From: Octopus bimaculoides
Lineage: Eukaryota
DNA length: 64,000 nt
Assembly: GCF_001194135.2 (NCBI RefSeq)
Contig: NC_068994.1
Span: 53,517,845-53,581,844, forward strand
Reading direction: 5' to 3'
The translations under genes and the position numbers were made by a program. Shown here piece after piece: positions 13,942-26,600 of this stretch. The notes beneath the pieces were generated by a model. It had not been told where the DNA came from. It saw only the letters and a list, made by a program, of their open reading frames with translations, and did not search any database. Every line of letters begins with the position of its first letter. The first letter of the stretch is position 1.

Positions 13942-15506
13942 CATGTGTCAGTTCTAAATGTATGTACATGTTTCTGTATATAGACATTGTTTTTGTATAT
14001 TATATAACAAATTGTATATAGTGTAAATAAAATATCAATCTAAATATTTTAATCTTGACTTTTGTTCAATATTTTTTTTCATAATGATAAAGACATCATG
14101 TTTTTTGTTTCACATATCCAACCATTAGAAATGCATCTACACAAACATACATATACTCACACACAAACATATATGGGTGTATATACATACATATATATAT
14201 ATGTGTGATGAAGCAGAATCACAGCTGAGACAATTAAGGCTACCAAACAACAATAACAACAACACCAACTACAACAACAATGACAAGCAGATCAGTTGCA
14301 ACAACTACTTTTATGATAACAGCAACAACAACAGCTTCAGCTAATAGACTTAACCCATTCTCCACCACTTGAGTTTTGTGTGCCCTTGCAGGAGTCCACT
14401 CTTTGTTGCAAACATATGGATCAGGTCTGAGGATAACTTCCTCTCTTCATCAGACCAATGTCAGGGGACTCTGCCATTAAAAAACCTCAGACTAAGCCAT
14501 TAAAAAATAACAGTAACAATAACAACAACTTGGAGACAAAATGGTCAAGTGAGTATTATATAAGATATTTCCATTGATAAGCTTAGGAGTTCAAATACAC
14601 ACCAGAAATGTTGCTATATAGTCATTGCTGCTGCATAGATATATGTTGACCCTGACTGAGCAGACCTGTAGTCAAATACAATGCAGGATGTGATCATATT
14701 CTCCTATTTATATATCCAGGACTGCATTATCCAACAAGTTCCTTCCATTTGTTTTTTAAATGTCAGAGTATGGTTTAAGGGAATTTGTATTGCTCTTTCT
14801 AACAGAGGCTCATTTGTTGGTTCAAGAGGTTCCCTGGCCTATTGAGAAGGTCCTTTGTTAGCTCAGAGGTTCCATTGTTATATTTAGGAAACGTGAGAAG
14901 AGGTTGAATTTTATATGTTTTATATGTTCCTAGCTACAGAAGTGAAACATATGAGAGGATAAGGGATTGGGCAACCTGAACAAATACAATGCAGGCATTA
15001 TATTGTATTACTGGACAGACATGACACTTTAATTCTCCACAACTCTGTTTCAGTTCATAAAGCTATCAGGAATAAGGACCAGATTATCTGATAATGTTAC
15101 CTGATATACTGTACATCTTTGTCTACATCTGCTTTGAGCTACATATTTCAAGGCTACACACTAACTCTGAAGTGTCTGTCAGAGTCATGAAGGCACTTAC
15201 ATCCCTTTTTTAACCAGAATTTAACAATCATTTTACATTATTTTACATTTTACCTAGCTGTCAAGTGTATGAATGGTGAAGTTATTTGAGAGAGAGAATG
15301 ACTATCACTCTGTTCAACTGCAGGTTTCTCTCCCAGAGTACACCATCAAGCCAGAACTAATGAAAGGACATACATTATACATTCATTTATAAGACATACA
15401 GAAATTTGATGGTTTTTGTATTTATGCTGAGAGACTAGCATGGTCAGCTGTTTACTAAAGCAGGACTATAACTAGGCTGACTGGGACTATCAAACAGCAA
15501 CAATAA

Positions 15507-15538
<32 letters not shown>

Positions 15539-15800
15539 GTACTCAGACTTCAAGGGAAATAAAAACGATCTGCACTCACCCGCAATTGATTGTTTGCTAA
15601 TTTGGAGGCCTTCAGCTCGGTTCGACATGCATCCAGCTCTTCTTTTAATCGAGTAGCACCATCTTTTAATGTTGTTATGTGGCTTGATGCTGATGACAAA
15701 TTCTCTTCACTATTTCGTACCATAAGCTGAAAGTTCTGGAGCTGAAGAATGAACGATTTATAACACTGTTTAATATTTAATTATGTACATTAACTTATAT

Positions 15801-15835
<35 letters not shown>

Positions 15836-16959
15836 CACACAAGTATATACATACCATATACCCAATAAGTAAAGCTTCAGACGCACACAACACTGCGTCA
15901 GTTATGACAACGCGGGCTCCAGTTGATCCGATCAACAAAACAGCCTGCTCATGAAATTAACATGTAAGTGGCTGAGCACTCCACAGACACGTGTACCCTT
16001 GACATAGTTCTCAGGGAGATTCAGCATGACACAGTGTGTGACAAGACTGGCCCTTTTGAGATACAGGTACAGCAGAAACAGGAAGAAAGAGTGAGAAAAA
16101 GTTGTGCTGAAAGAGTACAGCAGGGTTTGACACCCACCCACCCCTGCTAGAGCCTCGTGGAGCTTTAGGTGTTTTCGCTCAATAAACACTCACAATGTCC
16201 AGTCCGGGATTCAAAATCGTGATCTCACAACCGAGAGTCCGCTGCCCTGACCACTGGGCCATTGCGCCTCCACACACACAACAACATTTGTCATATATAC
16301 TATAGATTTTAACATACAAGTCATCTTTGTATGTATGCATACCGGCCTGTAAATTATTGAAAATTGTATGTGTTCCAACACAAAATTAAGACTGAAAAGA
16401 AACAAGAAAGCCAGTACAAAAGTGGTGTGACTAAGAGAATACAATAAAAGAATTTGATGGATAAAATTACAAACTAAATGAAAATTCTCAATATGAAATC
16501 AATAGAAACAAATTTTTTAAAAAAGAGGTAATAATAATAATACAATCTGCCTACCTTTACTTCCGCGTTAGTAAGCTGACTTTTCAATTCCTGCCCAATC
16601 TTCTCAAATTCTTCAACTACAGACTTATTTTGTTGCTTCAGTTGTTGAATTTCTTTGTCAAACTCCTGCAGTTTTGAAAAGGGAAATAAAACTGAATTTG
16701 CCTTCCTAATAACGATTGTCTTATATATCAGAGCATATATATTCTTTTACTTGTTTCAGTCATTTGTCTATGGCCATGCTGGAGCACCACGTTTAGTCAA
16801 ACAAATCGACGCCAGGACTTATTCGTTGTAAACCTACTACTTATTTTATCAGTCTATTTGGCTGAACTGCTACGTCACAGGGACATAAACACACCAACAT
16901 CGGTTGTCAAGAGATGGTGGAGGACAAAGACAGACACGCAAATAAACACACACACACAC

Positions 16960-16992
<33 letters not shown>

Positions 16993-19356
16993 CGATGGGC
17001 TTCTTTCAATTACTGTCTATCAAACCCATTCACAAGGCTTTCGTTGGCCCAAGGCTATAATTGAAGACACTTGCCTAAAGTGCCATGCAGTGGGACTGAA
17101 CACAGAACCATGTGGTTGGGAAGCAAGCTTTTTATCACACAGCCACTCTTGTGCATGTATATATATGGTGGTTGTCTACTCCTTATGCAGTCTGACCACT
17201 TTTTGTACTTACACCAATGGACCAAAGATGGAGGCAGCTGTCTTGCTGGCAGAAGAAAGCAAGGGCCTATTTGGAATCGAGCAGCTAAGAAAAAGACAAA
17301 GATATGAGTGTAAGTCATATCTAAAGAAAATAGGATAGAAAGTTACCTCTTTCTGTTTTTGGAATTTGTCCAACATGTCGTTTTGTATCTTCATTATGCT
17401 TTTCTGTTCTGCTTCTTTCATCAGAGCAATCTCTGCTTCCTTCTGTTTTATGAGAGCCTCTTTTTCTTCTTCATACTTTATCTTTATTTCATGAGTGTTT
17501 TCATCCATCTGTGACTCAATAATCATCTTTTCAGAGTTAGCATCATGTAGCATCTGATAATATAATAAAACAGTCATATACAGTAAATAAAATTTAAAAA
17601 AAACATGAGTTTCCTATAAAAGGATATATGAAAGATTTGTNNNNNNNNNNNNNNNNNNNNNNNNNNNNNNNNNNNNNNNNNNNNNNNNNNNNNNNNNNNN
17701 NNNNNNNNNNNNNNNNNNNNNNNNNNNNGGGGGGGGGGGCATCAATATATATGTATGTATCTATAAGTATGTATTCACACACACACACACATATGTAACA
17801 GGTTTAACATTTTGGTTACAGCTAAAGATATATCTTTCAGTCAATTAAAACTTCCTAGAAGGCTGCGAGTTGACAAAAACATTAGCACGCCAGGCGAAAT
17901 GCTTAACAGCATTTCGTCTGTCTTTACATTCTGAGTTCAAATTCCGCCGAGGTCGACTTTGCCTTTCATCCTTTCAGGGTCGATAAATTAAGTACCAGTT
18001 GTGTACTAGGATCGATCTAATCAACTTAATCCCTCCCCAAAATTTCGAGCCTTGTGCCTTGAGTAGAAAAGAATTAAAACTTCTTAGAATGCAATACCAC
18101 AACAGATAAGATGGAATTATTCGTGATCAAACAACCAGACCTTTTTAAGCTGTTGCATTTCTGCAGATTTGGCTTCACTATCCTCCTGTAGAACCTGCAA
18201 CTTCCTTTTCACTGTTTCTAAATCTGTGATAGTCACTTGGTGTTCATCCAGCTTTTGTCGTAGAGATCGGATTTCTGTTTCTCTTTGGACACGACTGGCT
18301 TCTAGATCACTGACTGTGGCTATAAGAATAAAACATAATACTGGTGACTATGGGCTATCAACACTGCCAAATGTAAAACAAAAATGTATGACACACAAGA
18401 CCATCACTAGCCATAGTAATACCCACATTGCAGTTACATTCTGGACATGGTAAAATCTCTATTATTGACCAGTGTAACACACTACTGACCAGTAACATCC
18501 ACACACTTGATCACAGTAACAACTCCACAGACCATTGAAACATTCAGACCACAATAACACTTGCAGAACTGACCAGCTACAAACATACGCCTCACCACAG
18601 TAGGCCTGCACCACTGACCACCCTTATAATCATACCACAGACCAATTACAACCACAGTGAAAATTACAGCAACACCTACATCACCAATTTCTTAAATGCA
18701 AGTTTAATATTGAAATTATTTTCAAAAAGGGCTCTCAATGAATGGAAGTGTTATGCCTGTAATATATTTTGGTTATGGACCAAGATATAATACAAGAGAT
18801 ATGTTTAAAAGAAAAAGTGGATAACAATGATGGGATTACTAAGTGGATGGAGCCAGGGATGAGGTACTGGTGATAAGAATGGTGTGTAATGAGGTGCAAA
18901 GTGAATGTTCTTACCAGATAACTTCAAGATATTTCCTTGTTGCCGCTTTATTGTGCTGTCTTTTGTGATGGCCTCTTCTTGCAATAACTTACACAGAGAG
19001 TGTTCCTCTGACAATGCCACCTGAGATTCTTCCAACTGGAGATGATGACAGAGAAACAGAAATATTAACATAAACAAGAAAGAAAAAGTAAAAGGAGAAT
19101 CATACAAATGATGGTTATTTTATTCTTGTTGGTATTGTTTTGTGGGTCCTCTCCAGCATCACCACATGCTAAACTTCATTCTTATAAATAATGACTCAAA
19201 GGTAAAGCAGTATTAGATTAGCTTTCTAATTTAGCAGAAACGGTAGGCATACCAAGTTAAGTAAATGTAAATATCCTCCAAAGCCTACAAACAAGATGAA
19301 GCAGATTAGAGAAAAAGCTACACAGGAATTTTAGTGTTTTTCGTCTTTTTCTCACA

Positions 19357-19387
<31 letters not shown>

Positions 19388-20609
19388 AGCTTTTTTTTTT
19401 TGTCAGAGAAAGAGGGCAAAAATAACATTCCCAACTAAATGAGAAAAACATGAAAAGAGAACTACAAAACATACTAAAGAAGAAATTGAGAAAAAAGTCA
19501 CTCCACGGCCAATACTCTGCAAGGCTTGACAGAGAAGAAGTAAGCTTAAGTAAAAGTCAACAGTCCCTCACAAGCTCTTGACTAAAAGCATAAATGGAAG
19601 GACTGATTTTCGCTGCATAAGACCAATGCCTGATCACAAACAACTGTAAAAGCAAAATAATCAAAACAGGCCTGAACAGCAAAATAATGAAAACAGGCCC
19701 TAACACCAAATGCAGAATGTGCAACCAGCACAATAAGACAATTTACCACATCACCTCTGGCTGTCTAGTCCTAGCCAAATCTGAATATATATACAGACAT
19801 GACTGAGTAAGTTGTTATATCCACTGACATGAAAATAAACCTGAAAAATAAAATCCAAAAGAGAAGCAAAACAAAAAAAGAAATGGGTATCATATCTCAC
19901 CTTTGAGTTTAAGTTAGAAGTGCTGTCATCTCTGTCTTCTAACTCCTTCTTGAGAAGAGCCAACTGTGATTTGTACTTGTCAGATTCTTCCTGAATCCGA
20001 CTAATCTCACTCTCAAGATGTTCAACTTTGCGACTGAACTCCTCCTTCACCTTACTTGATTCTTGATCTAATTTCCCTTTGTCAGACATCCAGATATGCA
20101 AACTGTCTTTAAGTTCTTTATTTTTCTCTTCAATTAACAGAGATATTTGTTCCATGTGTGCATCCTTCATTTGACTTATTTTTGTCTCCCATTCTAAGTT
20201 CAGTTTACTTTTTGCCTGCTCAAAATCACTAACTTCGTTTTTCCAATGTTCAGCTTCATCCTTGTAGAATGTTATCTGCTGATCGCTAGCCATGTTTTCA
20301 TGCTCTTTTATGTTTTTCGCATCGAGAAGGGTCTTGATTTCCTCCTGGTAGTGCTTATGGAGTTCTTCTATCACAGAATGGTGCTTGTCTTTGAGTTCTT
20401 TCTGAAAAAGTAAAAAATTATATATACATATCAACATTATCATCATCATCATAATTTAACACCCATTTTCCATTCTCACAGAGGTTAGCCGGTTTGACAG
20501 GAGCTGGCCAGCTCAAGAGCTGCCTGGGTACCATGTCGGTTTTGGCATGGTTTCTATGGCTGGATGTCCTTCCTAACACTAACCACTTGAGCGTATGTGT
20601 GTATGTAAG

Positions 20610-20656
<47 letters not shown>

Positions 20657-23600
20657 TTTTTAATGCTTGAACATGAAGTAGATAAAGCTATAAATATTAA
20701 CATGTAAATAACAGGTTGAAAAAAATTCAATAGATTCCCATGGTACTTGAACACACACAACTTTTATGACATAATATAGATACATATATATTATAGTATA
20801 TTATATTATGTCATATCATCATGACCAAGGGCCAGGATAACTGGTGATATGAGAGTCTTGAGAAGCCCTGCCCACTGCGAGATGAGTACACACACACACA
20901 CACACACACAACTGGGCACTTTGCCCAATTTCCTTTTTCCCTAAGATACCCTCTGTTTCTCTTCCTTGATACCACTTACTTTTCTTACTACCCAGAAACA
21001 TTTCATTTGTTATCCATTCTTCATCCATTAATGCCATTCTCTCTCACCCACAATTCATTAATCAACCCACCACTACCACCACCATACACCTTTCACCTTC
21101 TCATGCCTTTCACTTCCCCATCCACTCCTGCAACCTACCAAACATTGTCCCCTCTCTTGTCCTTCTCCTCTCTACTGTTTAATCATTGCTGTTTTGCTGT
21201 TTCACCACTGTCACTCATTTCCTGCTTGCCCCACTCTCGCTGCTCTATGGTTCCACTCAAATACTTCTATCCTCTTTTCAAAAATGTGATGAGTCATGTA
21301 TCTTCTCAACAGCAAGAAACCAAACCTGTTCTACTCTAGCCCCTTTTACCCATCTTTTACCTCCTCATCTCCTAACATAAAATTTCCACCCCACCCATCA
21401 AGGTTCATAATCTTTCAAACTACATGAAAGTTTTACTAGTTCTGGGGCCATTGAAATTTCTGCTTTTGGAATATTGTTTTTAATTTTACTTAGAAAAGCT
21501 ATTTTCGCTTGAAGCAGTTGGAGGGTGGAACTCCAATATGGTCAGAACCATAATATTTTAAAACAACTAAAGAAATTAAATAGATAACAAAAACTATAAA
21601 AAATAAAGTTAGAAAGACACACATTTGAATCAAAATGTATAAATCGATTTAACTGTACCGAAATGGTAACTCGTGTAAGGGAGATAATAACATAGCTGCT
21701 AATTACCTCCCTTGGAACAGATTTCAGTATTTATCTCTATTTCTAAAACAAACGCTTTTAATTTAAATTTCATCACGAATATTTTGTTGCGGGTATTTTT
21801 TTTCTGTTTGGAATGAGTTGAGAGGCTATGATAGCAGCTTGCCACTCATCGTAGCCCTCTTAGTCAGTCAGTACACAGTAACAGACAACTGCTCAACTTT
21901 GTTGCATTTTTTTGTTTCATCATAAAATAACTATAACAACACAATACCCCTCTGCAACCATGAAATAATTAACTGCATGAAAATGTACTTAGACTGTCCA
22001 GTACACTTTCAAATCAAAACACAAAATTTTTTAATTTGTTTCAAAATTATTGATAAGAAAATTTAAATTTTGTAAGATAAAAGAGTTTCTAAGATAAAAG
22101 AGTGTAGTGAAACTTCTTTCTCAGGCATTCAATCACAAATGATAACGAAGCTGGTCGCAGCTCTGCTCCTTGACCACAACTTCCTGCGTATGAACATTCT
22201 ATCACCTTGTGTAACTCTAATACGAACTGGTATTTCTCTATCTCAGTGTTTTAAGACCTTTTTACAGTCTATGTTACAGACACTCTTTCTATGTTCTGTG
22301 TTTCCTCTCATTCACACGCAAACGTGTACTCTCACATATTGTACACACACTATTGTTTATACGACTGTCCGTCACTTCACATTGTTGTATACCTTCTCTT
22401 GTACACGAAGGCCTGATTTATCTACTGTGTTAATTTTATATGTCGCATGCACGCACACACAGGCAAACAGTTTCACTTTGTTAATAAATTTATTCTCATT
22501 ATATATCGAACGGTTTAGTTTGTCCTNNNNNNNNNNNNNNNNNNNNNNNNNNNNNNNNNNNNNNNNNNNNNNNNNNNNNNNNNNNNNNNNNNNNNNNNNN
22601 NNNNNNNNNNNNNNNNNNNNNNNNNNNNNNNNNNNNNNNNNNNNNNNNNNNNNNNNNNNNNNNNNNNNNNNNNNNNNNNNNNNNNNNNNNNNNNNNNNNN
22701 NNNNNNNNNNNNNNNNNNNNNNNNNNNNNNNNNNNNNNNNNNNNNNNNNNNNNNNNNNNNNNNNNNNNNNNNNNNNNNNNNNNNNNNNNNNNNNNNNNNN
22801 NNNNNNNNNNNNNNNNNNNNNNNNNNNNNNNNNNNNNNNNNNNNNNNNNNNNNNNNNNNNNNNNNNNNNNNNNNNNNNNNNNNNNNNNNNNNNNNNNNNN
22901 NNNNNNNNNNNNNNNNNNNNNNNNNNNNNNNNNNNNNNNNNNNNNNNNNNNNNNNNNNNNNNNNNNNNNNNNNNNNNNNNNNNNNNNNNNNNNNNNNNNN
23001 NNNNNNNNNNNNNNNNNNNNNNNNNNNNNNNNNNNNNNNNNNNNNNNNNNNNNNNNNNNNNNNNNNNNNNNNNNNNNNNNNNNNNNNNNNNNNNNNNNNN
23101 NNNNNNNNNNNNNNNNNNNNNNNNNNNNNNNNNNNNNNNNNNNNNNNNNNNNNNNNNNNNNNNNNNNNNNNNNNNNNNNNNNNNNNNNNNNNNNNNNNNN
23201 NNNNNNNNNNNNNNNNNNNNNNNNNNNNNNNNNNNNNNNNNNNNNNNNNNNNNNNNNNNNNNNNNNNNNNNNNNNNNNNNNNNNNNNNNNNNNNNNNNNN
23301 NNNNNNNNNNNNNNNNNNNNNNNNNNNNNNNNNNNNNNNNNNNNNNNNNNNNNNNNNNNNNNNNNNNNNNNNNNNNNNNNNNNNNNAAGAAAAAATAGGA
23401 ACAAAAAAAGGATCTCTAAATCTCTCCTTTTTAAGGATCAGTGTTTTAACCTTAGTTCCAAACTGCTAAGTGTATGGAAAAAAAAGTCTATACTATTGAG
23501 TAGGACACCGGTCTAACTTTATGATATCTCCAGACATGATCTGTTGATACAGATTGTAAGCAACTAAGTGATCTGAAGCACACAAAACTAAATATAGCAG

Positions 23601-26600
23601 CCAAAAAATCATTAATGTTTTCATGTTACCATTGTTCTGGAGTAAAACATGTACCATGGGAAGATAGCAGTGTAATTAGCTGTGTTTGGCTACTATACAG
23701 AGTGACAGACACTGTATATATAATTGATTAATGTTCAATGTTTTATTGGTATACATAGTGTTGTGTTAAATGTCACCAATTGGCAGTTCCCTGACAAGGG
23801 AGAAAGGGAGAGCAGTAGCAACTGTCATATTGGGTACACCTTGTCTACCTTGTTCATCAACATGAAAATCTATGGGAGTATACAATTAGACTGCTGGAAG
23901 GAGAAAGTGCAGCATGTTGAGGCTGTTGCACTGCACTGCATAGGATTCATCACTGCGTGTTGGATTATGCAATATGGTCCTTGGTGAAGTGTAAACATGG
24001 TAAAAAAGCACCAGGTTTGCTAACTTAGAACTACATACCACAACTAGAACCGAAAAAGAACAAAAAAAATATTGCTGCTGTTCTAGTTGTTGTAGTGTAG
24101 CTCCAGTTTAGCAGACCCATGGCACACAGGTAGTAAAGCAAACAACCCAGTACAATCCAAAGGTTTGCTTCTCCAACAACTAGAACAGGAACAACATCAA
24201 CAATAGTAACAAAAACCAGAACAACAACAATGAATGCAACACAACAAGAATAACAAAATCAATAGCAGCAACATCGACATCAACAATAACAACTCCAAAC
24301 TCAATACAGATTGTCTCTCCCCATGAAATATAAACACATGCTGCTTGAACTAAGAAATGAATGAAAGAAGATAAAATAATAGAATTAAATATTTATCACA
24401 AGTGTAATCAACACCCATAATGTCAATTACTGGACCTTCTGTGCCAAATGGAGTGTTATTTATTCGTTTATTTTTGGTAGCGGTGGGGGGGCAGACTTAA
24501 ACTGTCACCCTGTTTTATGCCTCTGTTTGGGCATTGAGTACCTTTATCAGAATTAACTGTGTTGCAAACACTCTGAGCAGGTCTTTAGTCCATACATTAC
24601 ACACAAGTAGTGGCTTCTTCAACCCATCTTCCCAGGCTTAGCAACCCTCCAAAATAGCTCATGAGATTTCTTCTTCCCTTCCCCCTCGACAACCTTGGAA
24701 ACCCTTTATAAATTGGGTTGTGCTAAATGTCTCAGTTCTTCTGACTAAGACATAAAAATAATGTTTAGCTCATCAATGACATCAATTATCAGGTGAGTGA
24801 GCACATTAAACTTTTATACAGGACTATGAATATCTGTTCACTTGAAGGAAGGTATCAGGAATTATACCAGCATCCATTCAACCAGTCTAATTTAATATAG
24901 CACAGCTTCAAGCTGACCATACAGACTATTAGAAATAGTAGTCATAACCCTCTTCAAATTTCATCTATCATCTTAAAAAGAGTGGAAATACATTTGATAA
25001 AGTAGTCCTGAAAAATAATAATGGCAACCGTAATCACTCTGGTCATAAGGAATGGAGCTAAAGACAACACTAAATGCTGACAACACAACTAAAAGGATAA
25101 AGATTGCATTTATGACAGCCTGTTAGATGTGGAAATCTAATGTCATATGGATTTTTGAAAGAAATTTCCATATATGAATACTTAAATACAGACATATACT
25201 TAAACCCTTTAGCATTCAGATTACTCTACTAAATGCAATTCACATTGTTTTGAACTACCATGCATTATCTTGTAGATTTTGTTGATTCCAATGATATGAT
25301 TTAGTTTTAGGACATTGTTGAGGAGGTGTGAGAGGCCAGACCTGGCTAACTTGAACATAAAACAATATTTTGGGCGAATATGGCTGGTTTAAATGCTAAA
25401 AAGTAAAATACAAAACATACTCTCATATGCAGAGATATTTAAACATACATATTCACATTAATACAATCTTGCATGTACACAAACTTACATGCAAGAATAT
25501 CCAAACACACACATAAATACAAATGCATAAACAATGTAACCATTAAGATATAAGTAATATACATATATACACACACACAAACATACAGAATACATCAAAG
25601 ACACATACACGGATATGTGTGAATATTTAATCTAGACATACATTTACATACAAATAAGCACAAAGAACATGATCCTGGCCACATCTAAAAAACAGGATTA
25701 TCATGGCCGGAATACATTTGATCAAGATCGAACAGGGGCAAAACAACAACAACAACAATACCACCATGACCATCATCAAATACACCACAAACAACAAGGT
25801 ACTAAATTAGCTCTCGAATGTTTGTGCATTCCACCATCTTCAATATAACAACAAAAATAATAAAAACATGAAATGGAATGATCAGAAAAGAGAAAAAAGC
25901 TATATTATTTTCACTACCACCATAACCACCATTATTACCCTGACTTCACCATCATCACCACTACCACCACAACAACCTTTACCCCAGCATCACCACTACC
26001 ATTACCACCATCACTGCGGTTATTACCTCAGCACCAGCATCATCAACATTAAACCCACCACTGCCCCCCATCCCCACCACCACAATTATTATCCTAACAC
26101 TACCCACCAGCACAATTACCCCAGCACCCTCACCACCATATTCCACAAGTAACAATAATAATAACAATGAAAATAATCCCATCACAACCACCACCACCAC
26201 CATCCAACACCAATGACCAGAAATTTCTATGACTAGCTAAACTACAGCTGATATTTCCAAATATAAATGTCAAATGAGAGAAGTAGGAGTGAGAGGGGAG
26301 GCTGTAGTGCAATGTGCGTAGTTTAAACTGTTCCACCCAGATTAATCACCCTGGAGTGACACCACAAAGTGGGATACTTTAAAGCTCTTGTACGCACTCA
26401 GACATGCATTGTACTTAACACACACAAATAAGCACTATTTTTCAATATACACAGACACAGCTGCATGCACATACACATGCGCACACACATACACATACAT
26501 ATGCATATATATATATATATATATATATATACATGCACATGCACATTGTGTCTGTGTTTGAATGAATGCATGTATGCACATATGCACTCATATTTACAGA

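Noticed and set aside
16190-16272. tRNA-like sequences (also 33900-33970, 37215-37290, 17090-17150)
   Set aside because: SINE heads with A/B boxes but no complete cloverleaf; followed by repeat bodies.
18169-18453. 94-aa plus-strand ORF
   Set aside because: Antisense shadow of the FAM184 exon 18319-18141.
20554-20760. Minus ORF containing VIYMLIFIALSTSCSSIKND, superficially like the missing FAM184 exon VIYALNTKND
   Set aside because: No AG acceptor before GTT ATT TAC, spacing does not fit, and it runs into (TA)n.
22139-23404. Long ORFs of 230-420 aa spanning X runs (also 31826-32302, 40287-41141, 44799-45345)
   Set aside because: Artefacts of reading through N gaps.
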